Source: Hormiphora californensis (taxonomy: Eukaryota; Animalia; Ctenophora). From it: a DNA stretch of 64,000 nucleotides. Of the stretch, positions 14,501 to 25,742 are shown piece after piece. The stretch lies in the NCBI GenBank assembly GCA_020137815.1, contig CM035356.1:2604001-2668000 (forward strand), in the 5' to 3' direction. The notes under the pieces are model-generated. The model was not told where the DNA came from, ran no database searches, and saw only the letters and a list, made by a program, of their open reading frames with translations. Both the position numbers and the translations under genes were made by a program. How positions within the stretch are numbered: the first letter of the stretch is position 1; every line of letters begins with the position of its first letter.

Positions 14501-15061
14501 CTCCATCGCGGTACCCGCGGTAAATTTTTTTGGTGGTTGTAGAGACCCATTGGAGTGCCCTGGAACTGGAATTGCTTTTAGATCAATTACTTCCTTTTTC
14601 AGCGATATATCGACGTCATATGACTGGCCTAAATTAGAGAGCGGATTAAAGCATACAAGCGGTGAGAGCAAGCAATATGAGACGGAAGCAGTACCTAATC
14701 ACCCTGTTTTGTAGGGTCATATAGGTTGTCTCACATGTTTAAACGACTCTAATTAGATAACTACAAAAGATAGAAACTATCTGAAAGTTGACACTGCAAA
14801 TTTGGACGATTCTCTGTCCACACAAGAAGTTTCAAAGCCCCAGCCCTTCATATAAGGGCTGTGTTCAGATCCTCCTTTTTGTCACTTTAAAACGTCTTTT
14901 TTGACTGTTTTTCGGTCATAACTCGTGATTGGATTGTCAGAACATCACCCAAATGGCTACAGACACTTTTGGGCATGCATTAGTGAACTTAAAACCGGTT
15001 TCAAGATGATCCAAGCACTCCTTCCGTGGGCACGACCGCGCACCAATAGTGGTCCTGACTA
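11578..15061. mobile_element. 3.5-kb non-autonomous foldback DNA transposon with Academ-like termini
   Basis: CTA|TAGTCAGGACCACTATTG ... CAATAGTGGTCCTGACTA|CTA. Arms of ~1.7 kb flank a ~80-bp spacer (~13230-13307). The ORF track shows mirror-image ORFs. Confidence 0.85.
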
Positions 15062-15890
15062 CTAAAAACGTGACCTAAGATGCTTTCACATCTTTTTCGG
15101 GTAGAGTTCTACAACTTTCACCACCCCAGGCTGGAGCCACCACTACAGCGCTCAAAGTATTGTTTGGTTTGGATCGAGTAGCAGCTGTGCAAAGTATTGT
15201 GTCCCAGAACAATGTTGAGGGCAGTAACAAAGGGTGACAGAAAGAATAAAAGAAAAATAGCGGTTGCAAGAAAAATAATCGACTGGAGAACAATCGTATC
15301 GTATCATTCGTAGAATACAATATTTCTATTGGATAAGAAAGAAACGGGATAAAGTCACGTGACAAAACGACACGTGTGAAAATAAGAGATATAAATACAC
15401 TATCAAGAACCCGCCAAGTAGAGACCCTGTTCGACTACCAACGCTTCCAACTGTAAACCATAGGTGAAGACGACTGAAATAGATCAACCGAAAGCTCCTG
15501 TTCTTAATTGAATATTAGTACTGCAATCGTCATGTTGTAACCCTGAACAAATCGCTTGCAAGTTGAAACTCTTGTTGGTAGTTGGTACCAAGTTGTTATT
15601 TAGTCAAATTTAGCACATTTTTGAGATGTTTGACGGAAATCTAAGAAAGTTCTTCATGATTACCAAACATACAATAATGCCTTTTTTTACTAGGAAGCCC
15701 GTTTAATTAGAGCACCCGTGGACTTGAATACCAACCCTTTCTCACCAGGATCCACTCCCCTTGGTCTTACCCCGCTGCACCAACCCGCACACGCTGCCTG
15801 CTCGTGCAAAAGTAGGACTTGTTGCACGCTAGGATACTACATCCTCATCCTCATCAACACACTAATTTGCATCTGATACTACCAGGTGCA

Positions 15891-18800
15891 ATGAACACAT
15901 GTATCCTGGTACTACTTCTGGTAGGAGTAGACTCCAAGACATTCAACAGACCTCCAACCCCGTTCAAACGGTCACCTAAAACCCAGATTCAAAAGGGCTT
16001 CAACAGACCTCCAACCCCGTTCAAACGGTCACCAACAACCCAGATTCAAAAGGGCTTCAACAGACCTCCAACCCCGTTCAAACGGTCACCTACAACCCAG
16101 GCTTCCATCTCTTCAACATGGACCTCCATCTCTTCAACATCATGGACCTGGCCAACTACAACCCAGGTTCACGAGACGGCCCATAGCTCTTCAAACCCTT
16201 TCGAATGGTCTAGTACCAGTACGGTGAGTCCCCACTCATCCTACTCATCACATTCTACCTTGCGGATCCGTTGTAAAACCGTGACAATCTATGGGTTTCT
16301 CAAGCGTTTCTGTACCGAGGAACCCCTCGAGCACATTCCTGAAAGGCTGACAAATTCCAACCAGCATACGAACCCTGAGTTGCTTTTCCAGTGTGCAAAG
16401 TCCTCCCAATACTACAGATGGGAGGATACTTATCACAACAACGGCTTTGGTGGTGGCTTGAAGAAGGATATCACGCTGTCAGATATGTGTCCAGATGATC
16501 CTGGAGTTTACCAGGCATGCGGTGTCGTACCCGACAATGGCATATACAAGGTCGTCGAGAATTCCCTGGCACTATGCGGAGCACAGCTATGTATTGGTGA
16601 AGACGATGTAGATGGATACGGCCTGTGTCAGGTCGATGAAACCAGTGAAGCTTGTGATCAGAAGTGTTCTACAATGGATTGTGAGGATGAGGCGATATGC
16701 AATGGAGTGAGCTATGGGATATTCTGTTATTCTTCCGTAAAAGGAAACGTTTTCAGATATTTCACCCCATACGAGGTTTGCGTCTATAAATATCATTATA
16801 TTACTATGCAGGCAAGCGCAAAGGAAACCAACCCCCCAGTCGTACATTGTGCATACCAAAATGCTCAAAATCGACCTTTTTACAGTTTTTGTCTCACTAA
16901 CAATTCTTTAGATGTGCAGCAAGTACGGTCCTTTTTGTGATAATGGCGAGGATACCAGAGATTGTTTTGTGGAAGAGGGAACGCCTGGTTCATGTATTAA
17001 ATACGAAAGGTTTGTCTTCTTCTTCCTAGTTCTTCAGGTGTGAGGTGAGTATAATAAGGGAGTACCCAGTCAGTTATCGCCCCGTTACCGGCTAATATAT
17101 CTTTTCAGTTGGAAGAAATCATCCATAATGATACGTGACGAACAGAGGTGTCCTATACCCAGAGCTACTTCAATGTAAGCATGTAAACAACCAATCAGAA
17201 CTCGTTATTTACGCCACGTGACTGGTTATCAGCCAATAAAGGACCAGTATTTTATTTGTACAGATATACCATTTCCTCCCATGAGGCATGGCCATATCAA
17301 GCTAGGAAGGTTAAAGCTTTCAGGGCTTGATTAACTTTTTATGTAAATTTATAACTTACTTGATACTTCCAGGGTTATCACTACTATTGGAGGCGTCGCA
17401 AGTGTGTGCTCGGAACCCATGGCCCTCGAACAAACGAACTGCACCGACTTCACCCGGCTTGTAATAGTGGGATGTACCCTTGAGGGGTACCCCACCAACA
17501 TCTCCCGCTACGGGACGTGTAAAGACTACCCTCTATGTGATGACAACTACAACAATCTCTGTCAACAAGTGGATAATGGATGCAATTTGCATAAAGGACA
17601 ACTCTGTGATGGCACAAACGACTGCTCCTCGGGAGCTGATGAAGCCAAATGCAAAACGACTCAACATTTTAACTGTGAGAGGAGGTTTCACACAGTGTAC
17701 TCAGAGAGACGACCTCTGGCCCTCCCTATTACCTGGGTTATGGATGGGATTGTGGACTGCCTAGACAGTAGTGATGAGGTCGAGAAGAATTGGTTAATCT
17801 GTGGAAAGGGCAGCATGAAAAGATACGATGAGCTAACAAAGGACAACTACTGTCAAGAGGTACTGAAATGCGATGGGGGTGAGTACATCAGAATGGGAGA
17901 GCTATGTGATAGGGTCAACACTTGTCCCTTTGAGAACAGACTATGTAGCGCTGTTATTGGAACCATGTATGGTAGCAACTACGAGGTGGCAGTACACAGT
18001 GAGACTCTCTGGATGGAGCACTGCTTCCCACACCGTGTTCCAGATTTGGAACAACAGCTGGGGCATTGTGGAATGGTAGAGCACACTACAGGACTAGTAA
18101 AAACTGTGTTTGATGACGATGCACAAAGCCCAATTATGGCTGACTTTGCCCACAGTCCAGACAAGAGATTGTTCTTATATGTACGGGGAAAGCTACGTGT
18201 ATGCGGCCTGCAATGGTCGATGCAGGGGAATGACGTGTCCGTTAGAAAGAGCTACTCGAAAATCCTGTAACAACTTTCTAAGAGACAGGGTATTCGCCCT
18301 CGCTGCTACACACTCGCCTGACCTAGTTCCAATGTTGATGGAGCACAACAGTTTTGGAAGATATGAGAAGCGACTATTTCCCTGCCAGAATCAGAATTGT
18401 GTCATGTACCGGGATGTGTGCAACCTTCGTGATGACTGCGGGGATGGTTCTGATGAGCGGGAATGCGGTAACCACTACACATGCGGCAGTAGTAGTGTTC
18501 TCCCTCTATACTCGGTGTGCGATGGGAAGGTGGACTGTCACGACTTCTCGGATGAATGCCAGGCCCATTGTCCTGCGTCTAACATGAATATTTATCCCAA
18601 TGGATTCCTCCGGGGTTCCAGCTACATCATCGGAGGAGTGGCCACCATACTGAATCTCATAACCTTAGCTAGAACTATTTGGGATCTACGGAGACTCAAC
18701 AAGTTTGAAACGTTAATTAATAAGGCAACCATATTATTGGTTTGTGTCGGAGACCTCTGCATTAGTTTGTATCTTGTCGGAATATCTGTAGCAGATTTCT

Positions 18801-20083
18801 ACTTTAGAAGAAGAGAAGAATACTGTCAGGAACGGTTCCTCTGGTTAACCTCTATGTACTGTTCTGGGCTGGGACTTCTTGGCACATTCGGCTCTCAGTT
18901 GTCCCTCTTTGCTATAACCAATCTGAGTTTTATCAGAGTCTTTAACGCCCAAAGGATGGTAAGGAGAGGGCTTAAATCTGCTAAATCAATTTCAAAACTG
19001 GTAATCATGATAACAACTCCAATAACTTTTAGCATCATAGTCGCAGTTACACCCGATCTTGCGATCTTTGAAGATTACTTTGTCAATGGTCTTTACTATG
19101 ACAAATCGCCTCTATTTGTTGGCCCTATTGACAAGGAAGGGTTCTATGCAGCATTCAATGCTCGGTCCCCTGGGACTGCTACCAAGTCAACCTGGAGAGT
19201 TATTCGATCATTGGTGGAGGACATGTTTACATCTGATCACGGAGGTAACACCAAACTCTATACAGGACCGATTGTTTTGTATTTTTGATACTTTTAATCT
19301 TTCCTCATCACGTTTCTATCAAGTTTAAATATTTTCAACTCGAAATCTTTTTCAGGTGTTCCCCACAAGACCATTGGATTCTATGGAAATGACGGAACCT
19401 GTGTATTCAAGTATTTGGTGACTCGAGACGATCCGCAGTGGATCTTTTCTATTTCGATTGTTACAATCAACTTCCTCTGCTTTATCTTCGTGGCCTCAAG
19501 CTACGTGATCCTTGCAATAAGAACAGGGAGATCTGCTCGAGGGGCGGGTAACGCCCATGCAGATAGAAATCAGCGGACATTGCAACGGAAAGTTACTGCT
19601 ATCATCGCCACCGACTTTCTCTGTTGGGTGCCTCTCTCTGTTGTGTCCTTCCTACATTTGGGAGAAGTCATCCAGGCTACGTCGTGGTATGCATACTTCT
19701 CAATCTTAATCATACCAATAAACTCTGTGATTAATCCTCTCCTTTACGACTCCCTTATTTTTGAATACCTGGTCCAAAAACCGATAGATATGGCTAATCG
19801 GGTCTTTAAAAAGGGATTTTCAAGACTTTCCGAGGTTTTCCGTTCAATCAATTGGAGGAAGAACAATGTGGAGCCGCAAACAGTTCAAAGCCCAGAAGAG
19901 ATGCCAGAGGAAGATCCACAAGCCCAGGAAGATGATCTAGATGTCCAGGAACCAGAGATATTGGTTGATAAGAGAGATTCGGCTGACGAAATCGTTGAAA
20001 GTTTTGAACTGACACAGAAAAGTGGACTTGGATATAATGACTTTACACAAGGTGAAACCACTGAAAGTGCCTTTACAAAATAG
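15891..20083 (+). CDS. LDL-receptor class A repeat-containing rhodopsin-family GPCR (GRL101/LGR-like 7TM, no LRRs seen)
   Basis: Signal peptide MNTCILVLLLVGVDS. Exons 15891-16811, 16912-17009, 17109-17174, 17373-19244 (1-nt frameshift ~18110) and 19356-20083. LDLa repeats CDGTNDCSSGADE, CNLRDDCGDGSDE, CDGKVDCHDFSDE. 7TM motifs GDLC, FYGNDGTCVFKY, TDFLCWVP, PINSVINPLLY. Confidence 0.88.
15940..16100 (+). repeat. In-frame 60-bp tandem repeat (~2.7 copies) encoding FNRPPTPFKRSP(K/T)TQIQKG
   Basis: ttcaacagacctccaaccccgttcaaacggtcacc occurs three times with a 60-bp period. Confidence 0.9.
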
Positions 20084-20754
20084 GAAAACGAAAATATAGG
20101 ACTGGATTGTACTGTGTTAAAGGCCTGGATGGAGCCTACAATGGATACAGAGAGATGATGAGAAAAAAGAAGAAAACATTAAAACAATTATTATAATACT
20201 GTTGTTAGTTGTACGCTTTTTGGCCCGCTTTTTGTCGTTGTTTTTAATGTATGATTGATTATGTTGTACAAACTGAGCGTTTTCCTAGACTCCCAGTTCC
20301 CACGGTTCCCACACCATTTGATCTACCTGCATTCTTTTCCCCTTGCCAAATAATCAATTTAAAATTTGCCAACAGCTGAAACTAATAAACGGAAATCCAT
20401 GTTTCTTATTTCAACTAATATATAATATGTATTTCCTATATATTCCAATGGTTTAGTAAAGACCTTTATGATTAAATGAGACAATTCATTTATATTTCAA
20501 TTCTCTCTCTCTCTCCCTCTTGATTGCATTATATATCGTAATTACTTACACGGAGACAGTACTCCAGTCGTATATCACGGGGTGCTTCTTCATTATCACT
20601 ATCGTCTGGCATAGAGGAAGTTTATAGAAGTTGTAATTTACGGAATTGGGTTTAGAAAATACTAGTTCATATATCTTAAAGAAGCTGAAATAAATAAACA
20701 TAATCTAATAATTCTACATAACAAAAGAACAGAAAGAACACACTTTAACAACAA

Positions 20755-21468
20755 TCAACCCATCATTTTCTGAAGAATATTAACCAGCCCCTCAGGAGTG
20801 GGATTCTCACACACACCAATCTTTTTATCTTCCCCAAAATGTGACCTAACAGCTTTCGCCGTGCTTGGTCCAAATGCAACAAAAACCGCAGACTCAATTA
20901 GATCAGAATGAAGATGCAATACATTTGCCGTGTATTCAACTCCCGAGGGACTGAAAAAGACAATATAATCAAACACCTCCGCTTCTAAAAGATGCGACAA
21001 TTCTCCGGAAATGTCACCACGAACTGTTACAGCATACACTGTTACACACCGACACGAGACATCATTGTCTGAGAGAGTAACAGGAACTGTTTCAAGAGAC
21101 TTCTCTCCCCTGAAGAAGGTCCATGGTTTTGAGGAAGGAAAATTGTCAAGTAATTCCTGACAAAGCTCTTTTGCGTTACGTGCAACAGTCACACTCTCCA
21201 TCGACTCCCATTGCTCCTTCATAAAAGCAGCCGTTGTAGGGCCAACGACACCAACGTCCACACCATTCAGATCGATCCCCTGCTCGATCAGATACTGAAC
21301 TGAGTGTTTACTGGTACAAATAACTCCCTCTCCTGGTGATAAGATAGGAGGTATGACAAGAGGGAGAGTCCGAGTTTCTAGGACGGCTAGGGACCTGGAC
21401 GTGAATCCGACCTCACAGAGTGCAGTTTCATATCTGTCGTCCTGGTCACGGAGTAACAAACAGTTCAT
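20755..21468 (-). CDS. UROS: Uroporphyrinogen-III synthase (HEM4), single exon
   Basis: 237 aa with motifs ICTSKHSV, VVGPTTA, NAKEL, VTVY, IVFFSPSGV, AFGPSTAKA and CENPTPEGL. Confidence 0.9.
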   Translation of the reverse strand: MNCLLLRDQDDRYETALCEVGFTSRSLAVLETRTLPLVIPPILSPGEGVICTSKHSVQYLIEQGIDLNGVDVGVVGPTTAAFMKEQWESMESVTVARNAKELCQELLDNFPSSKPWTFFRGEKSLETVPVTLSDNDVSCRCVTVYAVTVRGDISGELSHLLEAEVFDYIVFFSPSGVEYTANVLHLHSDLIESAVFVAFGPSTAKAVRSHFGEDKKIGVCENPTPEGLVNILQKMMG

Positions 21469-21739
21469 AACACAACCCCCTACTGTAAGGAGAATTCATG
21501 AGAAGAAACAATGCAGAATCAGGCAGGTAGTGGGTCACGGTTTTTAGAGTAAAATTTTGGACGTTTTGCGCCATAGCCCAAAAATCCGCTATTTCTTTGG
21601 CAATTCATAAACTTTGAAGCTCGTTTTGGAGAAATTATTTGGCCCTTAGCATGCAGATTATTATTGGGGTTAAACGGCCAATAGAAATTCGAATTTCTAA
21701 AAAAACAAAAATTTGTTTTGCTGGGACATGCGGGACGCC

Positions 21740-22390
21740 GTTAGTCGTTACGATCTGGGTGTTTGCTGAATGCTGGCCTGTTTACAGGTGCACACTGCCA
21801 AAAAGTACCCTGCACTAAAATGGCTCTGACCGCGAAACCACTCAACCGTTTTGGCTAATCCAAAGTTTATCTGGTAGGAAATGTCAAGGCCTAACCCCAA
21901 CCCAAACCGTGAGTGCTGAGTCAGCACTGCTGAGTGCTGACACTCCTGAATGCTGACACTCCTGAGTGCTGAGACTCCTGAGTGCTGACACTCCAACCAC
22001 CTTGGCAAACGCTGCTGGACAGCCGACAGCGTGGGATAAGGCAGCACTTTTCGGGCGCGATTATAATCTGGGTGCCTTGCAGCGTGTTTACAGGTGCGCG
22101 CTACCAAAAAGAGTACACTTTTATTTCCTAGACCGACTTTTTTCAAACGGCTATAGCCACGCAACCACATGGCCGATTTGAGTAAACTAAACGGTATCTG
22201 ATAGAGAATCGATAGCCCTAACCGATAACCCCAAACAAAACCCTAACCCGACCCTAACAACAACCCTAACCCGTCTCGACCACCAAAATCGATGAATTGT
22301 TAGCAATGGAAGGCACCCAGATTTTAAGGGCGCCGTTACGATCTGGGTGTTTGGAGGCCTGTTTACAGGTGCGCGCTGCCAAAAAAGTTG
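21740..22390. repeat. Composite repeat with degenerate telomere-like (CCCTAA) tracts, a 16-bp tandem array and a triplicated gtttacaggtgc motif
   Basis: cctaaccccaacccaaacc at ~21890 and 22216-22272. ctgagtgctgacactc repeats at 21930-21992. gatctgggtgtttg...gtttacaggtgc recurs at ~21751, ~22066 and ~22340. Confidence 0.55.
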
Positions 22391-22747
22391 ATTCACTAAA
22401 AAAAAACTTGAAACTTGAAACTTGAAAAATAATTAAGGCTATCAACAAAACATGACCACCTCTCAAGAACACACATTTAAAACTGACTTTATTTTACAGT
22501 ACAAAAGTTCGATTATTAGTTTAATAAAATTAAATTAAAAACTTAAACGCAATTCATTTTAACAAAATCTACGCCCAACACTCTCGTCTCTTCTTTCTTC
22601 AGGTGGCCGGAGTTTCGCGGACGCACCCTCTTCGATGTAGCGTAGGCATTAATGTAACATTATAAAGATAATGAAACAAGCGAGCAAGCTCGTGCCCATT
22701 GACCACACCACAGTGCCTAAGCACCAAGATTTAGTGTCACTCACATT

Positions 22748-23878
22748 TCACAATGCCCATACAGTTCTATCGAATTTCCATCGACCTCCCATGGTCCAAT
22801 CCAACACTGAGTTGTTATTCGCCCGCACATACCCAGGTGTTGGTGGCTCATCTGGAATTTGGGCCAGAAAAGCGCCTAGCTCGGACTTAAATTTCTCCAT
22901 CTCAGTCTGATCTCGGACCGGTTTAGGTAGGCAGTTCCATAGCTTAGGACCTCTGGTGGAAAAGGAGCGATCGTACAATGACTGGATTTTAGCAGACTTG
23001 GAAACAGGCGGAGCGGGTACCCTAGCCTTAAATCCGCAACGACCGGTATCTTCAATTATGATCCCAATGTCATTTGGTACTAAACTCATCCTTAGCTTGA
23101 ACATATAGATCATGAAATAACGTTCGTGGCGTCGCTGAATGGACATGAGATGCAAGTCCTTGAGTCTCTCCCAGTAGTTCAGTTCTCCCATGTTTGAAAT
23201 ACGGGAGGTAAATGTTCGTTGTACCGACTCAACGAGCTGTATCTGGCCAATAGCTACTGGCGCCCATAGTGGGCTGCAATAGTCGAGTATTGATCGTATG
23301 AGTGATTTGTACAGGGTAAGCATGACTGTTCTGTCACGACTTTTAAAGACGCTGAGTGTCCATCCACACGTCTGCCGAGCCCTGGATACAGTTCTTCCTA
23401 TGTGCTCCGACCACGTCATTCCAGCATCTACAATAACACCGAGGTCTCTAACCCATGGAGATGCTTCCAGGGTATGCCCGCTAGTTGTGTATGTAGATAG
23501 TTCAGCAAAGAACGGGAGCTGTTGCAGGAAGGAGTCTACCCTGATACGATGAGTGATCAGTTCATATTTCTTCTCATTCAAAAGCATATTGTTAGACTCG
23601 GCCCACTGTGTTACAGCCGTTAGGTCTTCTTGTAAGAGAAGGCAGTCTGCTACTGTTGATATTCTCTTCCCCAGCCGCGTATCATCAGCAAACAGGCTGA
23701 CAATGGAGTGTTTCACACAGTCTGGTAGGTCGTTCACAAAAATGAGAAATAGTAACGGCCCCAGGACAGTTCCTTGCGGGACTCCACTGATGATGATTCT
23801 GACACCGGATTTTGTGCCAGAAACTACAACTGTCTGTGTCCGATCAGTCAGAAATGATTCGATCCACTTACAGACTCC
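22748..23878 (-). mobile_element. 5'-truncated CR1-group LINE, reverse transcriptase C-terminal half
   Basis: WIESFLTDRTQ, SGVPQGTVLGPLLF, FADDTRL, RDLGV, YCSPLW, VQRTFT. Clearly related to ORF2 at 28296-31330. Confidence 0.9.
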
Positions 23879-24979
23879 CTCAGTGGCTCTATGGCGGTGC
23901 ATGAGTGCACGATGAAATTTTCAACAAAAAAAGAAAAAAATTAAAAAGAAAAAAAGAAAAATCTTAAAAAAATGAAAAAACGATTTTTAAAAATTTTGTG
24001 TGCACTCATGCGCCACGTGAACGGCTCAAAAGTGCACGGTAAAAAAATTGTTCCATTTTTTTGACAAATGTTCATTTGCCTCAAATGTTGTTTTTAGACG
24101 TCATCCCACCGTCCGCCAAGCTTGCCACGTCGTCTAGACCGAGGCTGTACCTGTCTAGACGTGTTTTACCCCAGATGGGCTTGAGATGGAGTCAGATGGG
24201 CTTGAGACGGGTTGAAATGGGCTTGAAATTGGCTCGAAACGGGCTCGAAACAGGCTTGAGATGGGCTTGAGACGGGCTACGGGGGGTGCGACATGTTAAT
24301 TTTGTTAACTTTGTTAATATTAACATCGAGAAAACAGGTGATTTATTAACAAAATTAACAAAAAATTAACAAACGTTAACAAATGCCATTTTGATTACTC
24401 GTTCGTTACGTTGCAGTTCGTTTCACTTTTGCTTGTCTCAGACACCAATAAGGGCTCTTCCTCTCACTAAAATGCAACTTAAATCCGTCTCAAATACCCA
24501 TTTCTAGCACACATGAACTCCCAGTTACCACTGAACTGTCTCTCGGGCCTGGCCTAGTCTCATCACTAAATTACAGCTACATTCTTGGCCAATATTACCC
24601 ACCGCCCCACCCCCACCCGCCCTCCCCCACCCACCTCTCCCAATATAGCGGACATTGCTATACACCACACTACAGAGACAATCCTTGTGTTTTGGTGCAC
24701 TAAGTCGCTTATCGCGTGTAACAACTAACAAATGTTCTTATCTGTCCCATCCGCATAGTATTCTAGAACATTTTACAGTATATTGGTGCTACATTCAGTC
24801 CTACCCCTTATCTGTGTTCAATCGTTTTTGTTTATCTTCATCTCCGATCCACTGGAAATGCATATACCTCTCATCTCATCATCAACAACATCACGGTACC
24901 AATCATCCATCAAAATTCTGTAATATCAATGATGAGATCTTGTTCAGGATTAAATAGGGAGGAAAATTAGAAAAATATC

Positions 24980-25052
24980 TGGCGAGGGCCGGGCTCGAAC
25001 CGACAACCTCTGGGTTTCGCGTCCATTGCTCTACCTTTTGAGCTACCCCGCC
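24980..25052 (-). tRNA. Mirror copy of the tRNA-like sequence
   Basis: Exact reverse complement of 25220-25292. Confidence 0.6.
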
Positions 25053-25219
25053 GACAATTTAACTACATTTCCTCGCTCTATATCCTGAACATTGCCCTTA
25101 GCTATTGCAGCATCACATATCGGAACAAGATTTTTAATAAATCTTGTTCCGATATGTGATGCTGCAATAGCTAAGGGCAATGTTCAGGATATAGAGCGAG
25201 GAAATGTAGTTAAATTGTC

Positions 25220-25292
25220 GGCGGGGTAGCTCAAAAGGTAGAGCAATGGACGCGAAACCCAGAGGTTGTCGGTTCGAGCCCGGCCCTCGCCA
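25220..25292 (+). tRNA. tRNA-like sequence (probably SINE-like or pseudo; degenerate anticodon arm)
   Basis: Acceptor stem GGCGGGG/CCTCGCC, D-arm GCTC/GAGC, T-arm GTCGG-TTCGAGC-CCGGC, A and B boxes, followed by a T5 terminator. The anticodon loop CGCGAAA lacks U33. Confidence 0.6.
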
Positions 25293-25584
25293 GATATTTT
25301 TCTAATTTTCCTCCCTATTTAATCCTGAACAAGATCTCATCATTGATATTTAACCAATCCATTCTTCCACAACCGTGATCTGCCCGCTGTATGTTTCCCC
25401 TTCACTGTTGTACAGTAGGGCGTGTATGTGTGAGAGAGAAAGTGAGATTAGCAGCCAGAGAAGATATTAAAAATCTTGTTCCGAAAATTCTGTAAGTTCA
25501 CCTGTCCGTATTGTCTGTTCACAGATTGTGTAAAGTTTATATTGTGAATGTAATTTACTATTCAAAACACGGTAAACATCGGGA

Positions 25585-25742
25585 TTCCAGACCCAAACTC
25601 AAGAAATTCTCAAAGGCAAAACGTTACCTGGTTCCAGACCAAACTAAACTCAAGACACTCTCAAAGGCAAAACGTTACCTTGATCCAGACTAAACCAAAC
25701 TCAAGACTCTCTCAAAGGCAAAACGTTACCTTGTTCCAGACT
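25585..25742. repeat. ~51-bp tandem repeat, three copies
   Basis: aaactcaaga....ctcaaaggcaaaacgttacct.g.tccagac occurs three times. Confidence 0.85.

Larger units (their letters stand above)
24922..25350. repeat. Palindrome with 212-bp arms and a 5-nt loop, carrying two divergent tRNA-like genes
   Basis: 24922-25133 is the reverse complement of 25139-25350. Confidence 0.92.

Noticed and set aside
11927-14714. Paired identical ORFs on opposite strands
   Set aside because: They are a by-product of the palindrome, with no transposase or other motifs.
17264-17309. Possible extra GPCR micro-exon
   Set aside because: Its phase is incompatible with the next exon, and skipping it preserves the frame.
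25220-25292. Functional tRNA-Ser(CGA)
   Set aside because: No U33, two mismatches in the anticodon stem and no long variable arm; kept only as tRNA-like.
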